From Pyrinomonadaceae bacterium (lineage in GTDB: Bacteria > Acidobacteriota > Blastocatellia > Pyrinomonadales > Pyrinomonadaceae): a stretch of DNA of 64,000 nucleotides. Shown here in pieces: positions 34,104 to 42,295 of this stretch (the stretch's first letter is position 1; every line of letters starts with the position of its first letter). The notes beneath the pieces were generated by a model. The model searched no databases, had not been told where the DNA came from, and was given only the letters and a program-made list of their open reading frames with translations. The position numbers and the translations under genes were made by a program. Location of the stretch: assembly GCA_036382855.1 (NCBI GenBank), contig DASVPO010000009.1, positions 197,182-261,181 of the forward strand. Reading direction: 5' to 3'.

Positions 34104-35876
34104 TTACTTCTTGAAGTAGGACTTGGCGGCCATCTTCGCAAGCTTCCACATCTTGCTCCACTCTATCTGGCCTTCGCGGTCGCGGCCCATGAATTTATCA
34201 ACGATGAGCTTGCGAAACTGCCGTCCCTCGCGCTTGAGCATAAACTCCTTGGCGTAGGGCTTCGCCGTGTCGAAGAAGCTGAACTCAGGGTCTGTCACGA
34301 TGCCTATGCCTTCGAGCGTCATCAGAGCGCGCATGACGTACGTGAAATTCGATGGCAGTCGGAACGGGTATTCGTACATCACTTCGGCCAGCTCGTAAGT
34401 CAACTCTTTGAAGTTGACTTCACCGAGCTTCAGATTGATGTAGTGCTCGAAGAGTCCTTCGACGACGGGACGCACCGTTTCAGGGTCAACGCCCGGCTTG
34501 AGGAAATTGAGATTGATGAGGTCTTGCGCAAGGCCGTGCACGTCGCGCTCGATGACGTGGAAGAAGGCGTCAATCATCTGCGATTGCAAGCGCTCCGTAA
34601 TCTTGCCCGTCATCCCGAAATCGAAGAAGGCGAGCCGCCCGTTGTCCATCACGAGCAGATTGCCCGGATGCGGGTCTGCGTGAAAGAAGCCGTCTTCCAG
34701 AAGCTGCTTCAAATAGGTGCGGACGAGCAGACGGTTGACCTTGACGGGCGAGATGCGTCGCGCCTTCAGGGCTTCGATGTCAACGACCTTTGTGCCGCGT
34801 ATGAACTCCATCGTCAGCACGTGGCGACTAGTGTGTGACCAGTAGATGACGGGAACACGTATGGCGCGCCACTCCTTGAAGTTTTCGCGGAAGCGGTCCG
34901 CGTTGCGCCCTTCCTGCACGTAGTCCATCTCTTCGAGGACGGTCACGCTAAACTCGTGCAGCATGCCTTCCCAGTCTGCGTTCTCGTTGGCCTGCGGAAA
35001 GTGGCGATTAACGAGGCGGACCAACTTGTGCAGGATGCTGATGTCGAAGCTGATAAGCTCGGACAGATTTGGCCGCTGCACTTTGACGGCCACCTCCTCG
35101 CCCGAATGCAGGCGAGCGCGATAGACCTGGCCCAGCGAAGCGGCGGCAATCGGCTCGGCATCAATCTCAGCGTAAGCCTCGCGGAGGCTGCGGCCCAACT
35201 CAGCTTCGATGCGCGCGTAAGCTTCCGTGGTCGGAAAGGGCGGAACCTGATCCTGCAAGACCGCAAGCTGCTTGATGTAAGGCAGCGGCAGCAAATCGCC
35301 GCGCGTGCCGAGCGCCTGCCCTATCTTGATAAACGTTGGGCCAAGTTTGATTAAATTATCCTTCAGCCACACGGCCTGCTCTTCAAGCCGCGCCTCTTTC
35401 TTCACACTGCCCTGCGCGCCACGGAAAACGATGAAACGCACGATGCGAATCAAGCGGTCAACTGCGCGGCGGTCAACATCGCGACTCCAATGCTGGAAGA
35501 GCGCACGACGCCCACGCCCGCGCGCTTCCTCTCGCCTGCGCTCAGCCATGCGCGCGTTGAAGGCGGCGCGGATGTCGTAGCTATCCAGATAAAGGTAGAA
35601 CGAGAGCAGGCCGAGCACGCGAGCGATGTTACAGACGCGCAGCCACCCGCGCAGCCCGTGCCCCTTCATACGCTCATCCTCTTTAATACTCTCGTTGCCC
35701 GCGCCCTTGAGCTTTAACTTTTCCTTCACGCCGCCGCCCGCGCCAGCGCTACGCACAGGAGCAGGCACGAGCGCCGGAGCGGCAACTTTCGCATTGCCGT
35801 TTCCGTTCACCCTCTGTTGCCCGCCGCCGGTCGCCGCGCGCAAAGCCAGAGCCTCTTTGTTTTCAGGAGCCGCCAT
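34104..35876 (-). CDS. ABC1/UbiB-family atypical protein kinase
   Basis: LGPTFIKIGQALGTRGDLLP, AAASLGQVYRARL, AVKVQRP and FFHADPHPGNLLV blocks. ~115-aa Gly/Ala-rich N-terminal extension. Confidence 0.85.
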   Translation of the reverse strand: MAAPENKEALALRAATGGGQQRVNGNGNAKVAAPALVPAPVRSAGAGGGVKEKLKLKGAGNESIKEDERMKGHGLRGWLRVCNIARVLGLLSFYLYLDSYDIRAAFNARMAERRREEARGRGRRALFQHWSRDVDRRAVDRLIRIVRFIVFRGAQGSVKKEARLEEQAVWLKDNLIKLGPTFIKIGQALGTRGDLLPLPYIKQLAVLQDQVPPFPTTEAYARIEAELGRSLREAYAEIDAEPIAAASLGQVYRARLHSGEEVAVKVQRPNLSELISFDISILHKLVRLVNRHFPQANENADWEGMLHEFSVTVLEEMDYVQEGRNADRFRENFKEWRAIRVPVIYWSHTSRHVLTMEFIRGTKVVDIEALKARRISPVKVNRLLVRTYLKQLLEDGFFHADPHPGNLLVMDNGRLAFFDFGMTGKITERLQSQMIDAFFHVIERDVHGLAQDLINLNFLKPGVDPETVRPVVEGLFEHYINLKLGEVNFKELTYELAEVMYEYPFRLPSNFTYVMRALMTLEGIGIVTDPEFSFFDTAKPYAKEFMLKREGRQFRKLIVDKFMGRDREGQIEWSKMWKLAKMAAKSYFKK

Positions 35877-35925
35877 CTCGTCTATGATAATAACTCAAAG
35901 CTGTCGCAATAACATTCGCGCCGGA

Positions 35926-36004
35926 TGTTCAAAATCTAAAGTCCAACATCCAAAGTCGAAACAATGGCCGTTGACTTTAGAGGTTGGACTTTTAAACTTC
36001 AAAC
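35926..36004. repeat. heptamer-tandem hairpin element, family C (AAAGTCC-type units)
   Basis: Left arm ATGTTCAAAATCTAAAGTCCAACATCCAAAGTCGAAAC. Loop AATGGCC. Right arm GTTGACTTTAGAGGTTGGACTTTTAAACTTCAAAC (imperfect). Right arm contains the ribF stop codon. Confidence 0.65.
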
Positions 36005-36952
36005 TATCGTTAACATCCTGCGCACGCCTCCGCGCTCGAAATAGCTTTCAGCACGACGACGGTCAAACTCAATCTGCTTTTTCAACTCCAAGACCGAAGC
36101 GAACTTGCGTTCCTCGCGCAGGCGATGCAGAAAACGCACGCGCACCACGTCGCCGTATAAATTGCCCGCCCAGTTCAGCACGTATGTCTCAACAGTCGGT
36201 TCAGCATCCTCTTCAAAGGTCGGGCGCGTGCCGACGTTGGTCACGCTCCTGCGCCATGCGCCTTCAATCAGTGTTGCCGTCACGTAAACACCGCTGCGAG
36301 GTATGACGCGGTTCTGCGGGTGCAGGTTGGCCGTCGGGAAACCTATCGTGCGGCCTCTCTCTTCACCATGCACGACGCGCCCCTCGACCCCGTAAGGTCG
36401 CCCCAGCATCCGTCGCGCCAGATTCACGCGGCCTTCCGCCAGCAGCCTGCGAATCGTGCTCGAACTAATGCGCTGCCCGCGCAGCCGCACCTCCGCCACT
36501 TCTTCCGCACGAAAGCCAAGCCGCTCGCTCACCTCTTTCAACAACTCTATGTTGCCCCGTCGCCCGCGCCCGAAAGCAAAGCCACGCCCAAGGTAAACTT
36601 CCCTCGCCTGAAGGCGTTCGCCCACCACATCGCGCAGAAAATCCTCTGCTTCAATCTCCGCGAACGCACGGTTGAAGCGAATGACGATGACCTGCTCGAT
36701 GCCGAGCACGCCGAAGGCTTCTATCTTCTGGTCGAAAGTTTGCAAGAGCGGCGGGGCGCTTTCCGGGTGCAGCACGGCGCGCGGGTGCGGGTCAAAGGTA
36801 ATCACTGTCGGTACAGCGCCGACCGCGTGTGCACGCTCCAAGACCGTCCGCATCACCAACTGATGACCTAAGTGCAGCCCGTCAAACACGCCCAGCGTCA
36901 ACACGGTCGGCCGCGCAATCCGCGCATTCTCAATGCCATGAAAAAGGCGCAT
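35999..36952 (-). CDS. ribF: bifunctional riboflavin kinase / FAD synthetase
   Basis: MRLFHGIENARIARPTVLTLGVFDGLHLGHQ matches the RibF N-terminus. GFPTANL riboflavin kinase block. The track ORF start at 37012 translates the hairpin repeat ([14 protein letters not shown]). True start 36952. Confidence 0.9.
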   Translation of the reverse strand: MRLFHGIENARIARPTVLTLGVFDGLHLGHQLVMRTVLERAHAVGAVPTVITFDPHPRAVLHPESAPPLLQTFDQKIEAFGVLGIEQVIVIRFNRAFAEIEAEDFLRDVVGERLQAREVYLGRGFAFGRGRRGNIELLKEVSERLGFRAEEVAEVRLRGQRISSSTIRRLLAEGRVNLARRMLGRPYGVEGRVVHGEERGRTIGFPTANLHPQNRVIPRSGVYVTATLIEGAWRRSVTNVGTRPTFEEDAEPTVETYVLNWAGNLYGDVVRVRFLHRLREERKFASVLELKKQIEFDRRRAESYFERGGVRRMLTIV

Positions 36953-36957
36953 AAAAA

Positions 36958-37034
36958 AGTGATGAGTGATGAGTGATGAGTGATGAGTGAGAAGCTGTTT
37001 TCTGCTCATCACTCATTACTCATCACTCATCACT
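36958..37034. repeat. heptamer-tandem hairpin element, family A
   Basis: Left arm (AGTGATG)x4-like AGTGATGAGTGATGAGTGATGAGTGATGAGTGAG. Loop AAGCTGTTTTCTGC. Right arm TCATCACTCATTACTCATCACTCATCACTG. Contains the stop codon of the MBL-fold gene and ends 6 nt upstream of the ribF ATG. U-tract CTTTTTTAT on the transcribed strand. Confidence 0.85.
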
Positions 37035-37790
37035 GATTTCCAATCCGTCGTAAGCAAATTCAACGCCTGCGGGCAGGCGGTGGCTGTCGCGCGCGTGTTT
37101 GACATCGTGTGCGATGTGCGTCAGATAGGCGCGGCGCGGTTTGAGTTCAGAGATATATTCGAGAGCGCGTTCGAGCCAGAGGTGCGTCGGGTGCTTTGTG
37201 AAGCGCAGGCAGTCGAGCACGAGCACGTCTAGGTCGCGCAGGCCGTCGAGCGTCCGCTGTGGTATTTCGCTCAAGTCCGTCGCGTAGGCGAAATCGTTAA
37301 AGCGATAGGCGATGACGGGCAGGCGACCGTGTATGACTTCGAGCGGTGTGACCTGCAAATCCCTGCCGATGCAGAAGGGTGCGCCGTTGACGACCGTATG
37401 GGGCACAATCTGCGGCAGCCCGCCGCCGACGTAAACCGGCTCGAAGACATACTGGAAAATACGCCGCAGGTCTTTCCAGGCGCGCTCGTTGGCGTAGATT
37501 CCGAGCGCGCCATGACGGAAGTTGAGCGGGCGAATATCGTCTAGGCCGAAGACGTGGTCTGCGTGGCAATGCGTAATCAGCACGGCATCGAGCCACTTGA
37601 TTTTTTGCCTGAGCGCCTGCTGGCGAAAGTCTGAAGAGGTATCAACGAGAACAATCTGCCCGCCGTGCTCAATCAGAATGGAGACGCGCAGGCGCTTATC
37701 GCGCGCATCGTCCGACACGCACGTCTCGCACTCGCAGCCGATGGAGGGTACGCCCGTCGAAGTGCCTGTGCCGAGGAAAGTCAATTTCAT
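37023..37790 (-). CDS. MBL-fold metallo-hydrolase (PhnP/RNase Z-like)
   Basis: HxHxDH motif LITHCHADHVFG. 255 aa. Confidence 0.75.
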   Translation of the reverse strand: MKLTFLGTGTSTGVPSIGCECETCVSDDARDKRLRVSILIEHGGQIVLVDTSSDFRQQALRQKIKWLDAVLITHCHADHVFGLDDIRPLNFRHGALGIYANERAWKDLRRIFQYVFEPVYVGGGLPQIVPHTVVNGAPFCIGRDLQVTPLEVIHGRLPVIAYRFNDFAYATDLSEIPQRTLDGLRDLDVLVLDCLRFTKHPTHLWLERALEYISELKPRRAYLTHIAHDVKHARDSHRLPAGVEFAYDGLEISDE

Positions 37791-37791
37791 G

Positions 37792-37882
37792 TCAGTTTTC
37801 AGTTTTCAGTTAACAGCTTTCAGTTAACAGAAGTAAGACGAGGGAGCCTTTATCTGAAAACTGAAAGCCGCAAACTGAAAAC
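37792..37882. repeat. heptamer-tandem hairpin element, family B (CAGTTTT-type units)
   Basis: Left arm TCAGTTTTCAGTTTTCAGTTAACAGCTTTCAGTTAACAG. Right arm CTGAAAACTGAAAGCCGCAAACTGAAAACT. Ends 1-2 nt upstream of the MBL-gene ATG. A GGAGGAAAG Shine-Dalgarno-like motif lies on the far side of the hairpin. Confidence 0.7.
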
Positions 37883-37885
37883 TAT

Positions 37886-38527
37886 TTACTTTCCTCCGAG
37901 AATGTCGCTGCCCGTGAAGACGCCGGGCCGCTTCTGTGTCGAAGCGCGTGTGAGCGAGACAAATTGCATGCGGAGGTCCGAGAGCAAGCCTGTGAAGATT
38001 TGCTGCTCGCGCGTAGAGAGATTGCCGTTCGTCTTTTCCTGCAACATGCCGAGCACGTCAATCCAGTGTTTGCCGAGCGCAAGGTCAACGCCGCGCTCGC
38101 CCGTCACAGGATGCTCCATCATGCCGAGCGCAGCAGCAGCGTTTGAGGCGATAGACATCAGGAAGTTGACAAAACTCGCGGGGTCGTTTGCTCCCGGAAT
38201 GTCGCCCTCATCATATGCTTCGCCGGACAAGTCATCTTCTTCACCGATGACAGATGCGCTACTGGTTGAGTCGGCCGTGGCTCTTCTCGCAGCATCGGAT
38301 GTTGTGGCTTGTTCGGTCGCGGAAGAAGATAATGACGGGGCGGCTGATTCTGCTGGCGTTGCGGATGAAGCGGCCTCAGTCGTTGTCGTGGTAGCGGCCT
38401 CTGCGGTCGCGGAGGCTTGCGGCGCTGGCTTTTCTTCCTGCTGTTGCTGCGCCACTTCGCGCGGCGTCCCGTCAGGATTAAAAAGGCGACGGTCTGTGAC
38501 TTTGAAGCCCGATTGTTCTTCGCTCAT
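37886..38527 (-). CDS. hypothetical protein (DUF1844-like), acidic low-complexity centre
   Basis: MSEEQSGFKVTDRRLFNPDGTPRE N-terminus. Ala/Thr/Ser/Glu-rich low-complexity segment. Conserved C-terminal block FVNFLMSIASNAAAALGMMEHPVTGERGVDLALGKHWIDVLGML. Confidence 0.5.
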   Translation of the reverse strand: MSEEQSGFKVTDRRLFNPDGTPREVAQQQQEEKPAPQASATAEAATTTTTEAASSATPAESAAPSLSSSATEQATTSDAARRATADSTSSASVIGEEDDLSGEAYDEGDIPGANDPASFVNFLMSIASNAAAALGMMEHPVTGERGVDLALGKHWIDVLGMLQEKTNGNLSTREQQIFTGLLSDLRMQFVSLTRASTQKRPGVFTGSDILGGK

Positions 38528-38789
38528 CGTATTGCTCTACGGGAACGCGGCCCTGAAAGCACACTCTTCGGTGCGAATGCACGTTCCCTTCTTTCATCTC
38601 AAGATTGTGTTGAACGGTTTTTGATGGTAGCACCTCCCTGCGCACCCTCGCAAGATTAGTCCTAAAAGTCTGAAGGCCGGAGCCCGGAGGCTGAAGACAC
38701 AGTAAGCCCGCTTGGAAGATGCGGCCTGAAGCTTTAGACTTCCGTGCGCTGGCTTCAGACCACAAACTTTGAACATTGGACGATAAATC

Positions 38790-39617
38790 ATGCCCGCTAC
38801 ATTTTCCGACCTCGTTGCGCTAATGGCGCGCCTGCGTTCGCCTGACGGTTGCCCCTGGGATCGCGAACAAAATTACGAGACGCTTGCGCCGATGCTGCTT
38901 GAAGAAGCTTACGAGGCTTTCGAGGCAGTCGAAGCGGCGCGCGAAGGGCGGCCACTGGAGTTGCGCGACGAACTTGGCGACCTGCTTTTTCAAATCGTCT
39001 TCTACGCGCAGGTCGCCAGCGAGCGCGCGGAGTTTACGATTGACGACGTGACCGAAGCGATTCATGCCAAGATGGTGCGGCGTCATCCACACGTCTTCGC
39101 GAGCGCGCAGGCGGAAGACACGGCCGCCGTGCTGCGCAACTGGGAAGCCATCAAGGCAGAGGAAAAACGGCTCGCCGGAAACGAGACCGAAGAAAAGGAC
39201 GAATCGTTGCTTGACGGCGTTTCAACGAGAGCGCCCGCGCTGATGGAAGCTCATCAATTGAGCACGAAGGCTGCGCGCGTCGGCTTCGACTGGCAGCACA
39301 TAGACGACATCTTCGCCAAGCTACAGGAGGAGGTTGGCGAACTGCGCGCAGCCATCAGCCAGCAGTCCGCGACGAATGAAGCCGAAAAGACGTCGCAGGT
39401 GCGCGGAGAGTTGGGCGACCTGCTGTTTGCCGTCACCAATATCGCGCGTCACCTGAAAATCGAACCCGAAACGGCGCTTAAAGCCACCAACCGCAAATTC
39501 CGTCGCCGCTTCCGTTTCATCGAAAGCAGCCTGAAGGCGCGCGGGCGCTCGATGGAAGCCGCGACGCTCGATGAAATGGAAGCGCTCTGGCAGGAAGCTA
39601 AAGGAAGTGATGAGTGA
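38790..39617 (+). CDS. mazG: nucleoside triphosphate pyrophosphohydrolase MazG
   Basis: [29 protein letters not shown] and duplicated EELGDLLF blocks. Confidence 0.85.
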   Translation: MPATFSDLVALMARLRSPDGCPWDREQNYETLAPMLLEEAYEAFEAVEAAREGRPLELRDELGDLLFQIVFYAQVASERAEFTIDDVTEAIHAKMVRRHPHVFASAQAEDTAAVLRNWEAIKAEEKRLAGNETEEKDESLLDGVSTRAPALMEAHQLSTKAARVGFDWQHIDDIFAKLQEEVGELRAAISQQSATNEAEKTSQVRGELGDLLFAVTNIARHLKIEPETALKATNRKFRRRFRFIESSLKARGRSMEAATLDEMEALWQEAKGSDE

Positions 39618-39778
39618 TGAGTAATGAGTGATGAGTGAGAGAAAAAAAATGATAAGTAAGTAGAGATGGACGGCAGTTGAAAAGTATCGGATGACAAGCG
39701 GAAACCTGTAGTGCTATCTTTTTCAATGTCGGAAGTGAGGGGTTTTACTCATCACTCATTACTCATCACTCATCACTG
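39606..39778. repeat. family A heptamer hairpin arms separated by a ~100-bp insert
   Basis: Left arm AGTGATGAGTGATGAGTAATGAGTGATGAGTGAGAG (overlaps the mazG stop). Right arm TACTCATCACTCATTACTCATCACTCATCACTG 104 bp away. Followed by GTTTTTTTTGGGAGG and the ATG of the next gene. Confidence 0.7.
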
Positions 39779-39797
39779 TTTTTTTTGGGAGGATGCA

Positions 39798-40496
39798 ATG
39801 ATTCAGTTCGTTAATAATTATGAAGACCTTTCAACGGACAGGGGCTACCAGTTTAAGTTCCACTGCGACAAATGCGGCAACGGCTACATGTCGCGCTTTC
39901 AGGCTTCGACCATCGGGACGGCCGGTTCGCTGCTGCGCGCGGCCGGAAGCTTGTTCGGCGGCTGGGCCGGTTCGGCAGGTGATTCCGCTTACGAAGTGCA
40001 GCGAGCCGTCGGCGGCAAGGCCCACGACAGCGCACTCGAAAAGGCCGTGCAAGAAGGCAAGGAACATTTTCATCAATGCTCGCGCTGCGGGCGCTGGGTC
40101 TGCCCCGAAGTCTGCTGGAACGCGCAGGCAGGGCAATGCGAAGAATGTGCGCCCGACTTTCAGGAAGAACTAGCATCCTCGCACGCGCAGGCCAAAGCCG
40201 CAGCCGCCAACGAACAACTCCGCGAGAAAGCTCGACAAACAGATTACGTCTCGAAGATTGACATGAGCGCCGACGCTCAAGTGAGAGCGCCGCAGACGCA
40301 AGCGCCGCAGGCAGCGGCGGCAGCAGCGGCCGACTGTTCCTCGTGCGGCGCACAGGTGGGCAAAGCCAAGTTCTGTCCCGAATGTGGAACGCCGACGAAG
40401 CCGCCGCGCGTGGCCTGCCGTGGCTGCGGCCATGAGCCTGAGAATTCGACCAAGTTCTGTCCAGAATGTGGCGCGAAGATGCCGCTCATCGGTTAA
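39798..40496 (+). CDS. zinc-ribbon protein with four CxxC pairs
   Basis: CDKCGNGY, CSRCGRWVCPEVC...CEEC, CSSCG...CPECG, CRGCG...CPECG. GGGAGG RBS 7 nt upstream. The track ORF start at 39711 translates the repeat ([11 protein letters not shown]). Confidence 0.6.
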   Translation: MIQFVNNYEDLSTDRGYQFKFHCDKCGNGYMSRFQASTIGTAGSLLRAAGSLFGGWAGSAGDSAYEVQRAVGGKAHDSALEKAVQEGKEHFHQCSRCGRWVCPEVCWNAQAGQCEECAPDFQEELASSHAQAKAAAANEQLREKARQTDYVSKIDMSADAQVRAPQTQAPQAAAAAAADCSSCGAQVGKAKFCPECGTPTKPPRVACRGCGHEPENSTKFCPECGAKMPLIG

Positions 40497-40525
40497 GAAT
40501 TTACGGCGCGAGATGTAAGAAAGAT

Positions 40526-40557
40526 GAAAGGCACGCTCTTGATTGAGCGTGCCTTTC
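40526..40557. terminator. perfect 13-bp hairpin between convergent genes
   Basis: GAAAGGCACGCTCttgattGAGCGTGCCTTTC. Minus-strand side followed by the T-rich ATCTTTCTTACATCT. Confidence 0.55.
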
Positions 40558-40582
40558 ATGTTGGTAGAAGCTGCGCGCGTTG

Positions 40583-42001
40583 CTAGTCGTTGAGCCGGAT
40601 CGAGCGCAGGACGGAGTTGAAGACTCCCTGATAGTTATTAAACTCGTTCTGCGGAGCGACGGCAATCATGTGAAACAGTTCGCCGTTGCGCAACAGCACG
40701 GTGTAGACCGTGACGATTTCCGATTGCCCGGTCGCCTCGTTGACGTTTGAGAGCGTCATCGCCAGCGCTCTGCGCCCCGAAATGTTGCCGCTCTGGTAAC
40801 GCGTCTGCTGGCGCAGGCTGGTGTTGCCCTGCATCAGGTCGTTGATGAAGGCATCGGACGCCTGTTGCAGGTTGTTGCCGTAGGCGCGAGAGACGCCGAT
40901 TTCCACGCCGTGCGTGAAGACGTTCTGCCCTTGCACCTGCCCGAAAGCGCCGTTCGGCGCAAACCAGACGGAGTTGTTATCGCCCAGCCGTCGCCAGTTG
41001 TCCGGCACGCTGATGCTCAGGAAGTTGCCTTCGTTGTAGCTGCGATAGCGGCCCGAAGGATACTCGACGCGGTTTGAGACCGTGCCGCCTTCCGGGTAGC
41101 TTGTGCCGCCGCCGTGCGGATAGCGCTGGCCGCTGCGCGCAATCTCTTCCATCGAACGCGCACGCGGTTGGCCGTTCAAGCGAGCCTGTACGCGCTGAAA
41201 CTCGCGCGTGTCCTCAATCGGATTCGTCACACGCAGCATCGCCGCTTCCTGATTGATGCGCTGATAACGATTAGCCGGGTTCGGGTGGCTGCTCAAAAAC
41301 TCCGGGCCACCGCCGCCGCCCTGCGACTGAATCGTCCTGAACATGTTCGCAAGGTCACGCGGGTCGTAGCCTGCACGCGCCATAATCTGCGCGCCGAGCA
41401 CGTCCGCTTCCGTCTCATACTCGCGGCTGAATTTCAGGAAGTAAGTTCCGACCGCTGCCTGTCCGACCTGACCGAGAGCCGGGCCGCCGATAATCGAACC
41501 GGCAATGCCCGCCACACCCGCCAGAATGGAATACTTCTGCGCTTTGGTGGCCTGCGCTGTGCCGTGTCGAAGCGCGACGTGGCTCAGTTCGTGGGCCATC
41601 ACGCCCGCCATCTCGCCTTCGCTGCGTGCCGCCTGAATCATGCCGCGATTGATGTACATGGGCCCACCCGGCAACGCGAAAGCGTTGATGTCGCGCGCGT
41701 CAACGACCCTGAAGTAGTAACGGAACTCAGGATGCTGAAACTCAGACGGAATCGCTGACACGAGTCGCTGCCCGACGCGGTTCACGTAATCTGTCACTTC
41801 CTCATCACGCATGACAGGCATCTGCCGCTCGACCTCGGCTGCTGCCTGCTGCCCCGCACGCACATCGTCTGTTACTTTATACTTGTTGCTGTGATAACTA
41901 ATACGTGTCTGCGCCAGCGCGGCCAGAGGCATCGCCAGCATCGCCAGCACCATCAACCAAGCCGTTAGCACATGTGCCCGGCGATTATTATTAACTCTCA
42001 T
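40583..42001 (-). CDS. secreted M48-family zinc metallopeptidase
   Basis: Signal peptide MRVNNNRRAHVLTAWLMVLAMLAMPLAALAQ. HEXXH in GVMAHELSHVALRHG. Confidence 0.8.
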   Translation of the reverse strand: MRVNNNRRAHVLTAWLMVLAMLAMPLAALAQTRISYHSNKYKVTDDVRAGQQAAAEVERQMPVMRDEEVTDYVNRVGQRLVSAIPSEFQHPEFRYYFRVVDARDINAFALPGGPMYINRGMIQAARSEGEMAGVMAHELSHVALRHGTAQATKAQKYSILAGVAGIAGSIIGGPALGQVGQAAVGTYFLKFSREYETEADVLGAQIMARAGYDPRDLANMFRTIQSQGGGGGPEFLSSHPNPANRYQRINQEAAMLRVTNPIEDTREFQRVQARLNGQPRARSMEEIARSGQRYPHGGGTSYPEGGTVSNRVEYPSGRYRSYNEGNFLSISVPDNWRRLGDNNSVWFAPNGAFGQVQGQNVFTHGVEIGVSRAYGNNLQQASDAFINDLMQGNTSLRQQTRYQSGNISGRRALAMTLSNVNEATGQSEIVTVYTVLLRNGELFHMIAVAPQNEFNNYQGVFNSVLRSIRLND

Positions 42002-42051
42002 TTTCTCCCTCCTCCGACAAAGCGCGCCGAGGAATCTCTAACGCGCCTCGC

Positions 42052-42112
42052 GTTCCCAAACAAAAAGAGCGGCGACCCTCAACATGATGTCTCGGAGGAC
42101 TCGCCGCTCTTT
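42052..42112 (-). terminator. rho-independent terminator
   Basis: AAAGAGCGGCGA-N25-TCGCCGCTCTTT 12-bp stem. Minus-strand U-tract from the plus-strand CCAAACAAAAAG preceding it. Confidence 0.5.
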
Positions 42113-42295
42113 AGTCTGGCTACGATAATCTCCCCCGACACTTCGAAAAACTGCCTGCTCAAACGCGCAGGGGGAGAGAGCGCGTAAATCTCTTGCCACG
42201 TCAGCCGTGAAAAATAACGTTCGGCTTTATCCGGGCGCTATTTTGATGAATCATAGCACAGGCAGGTTGGCCTCGAACAGCATGTGTGTTAAACG

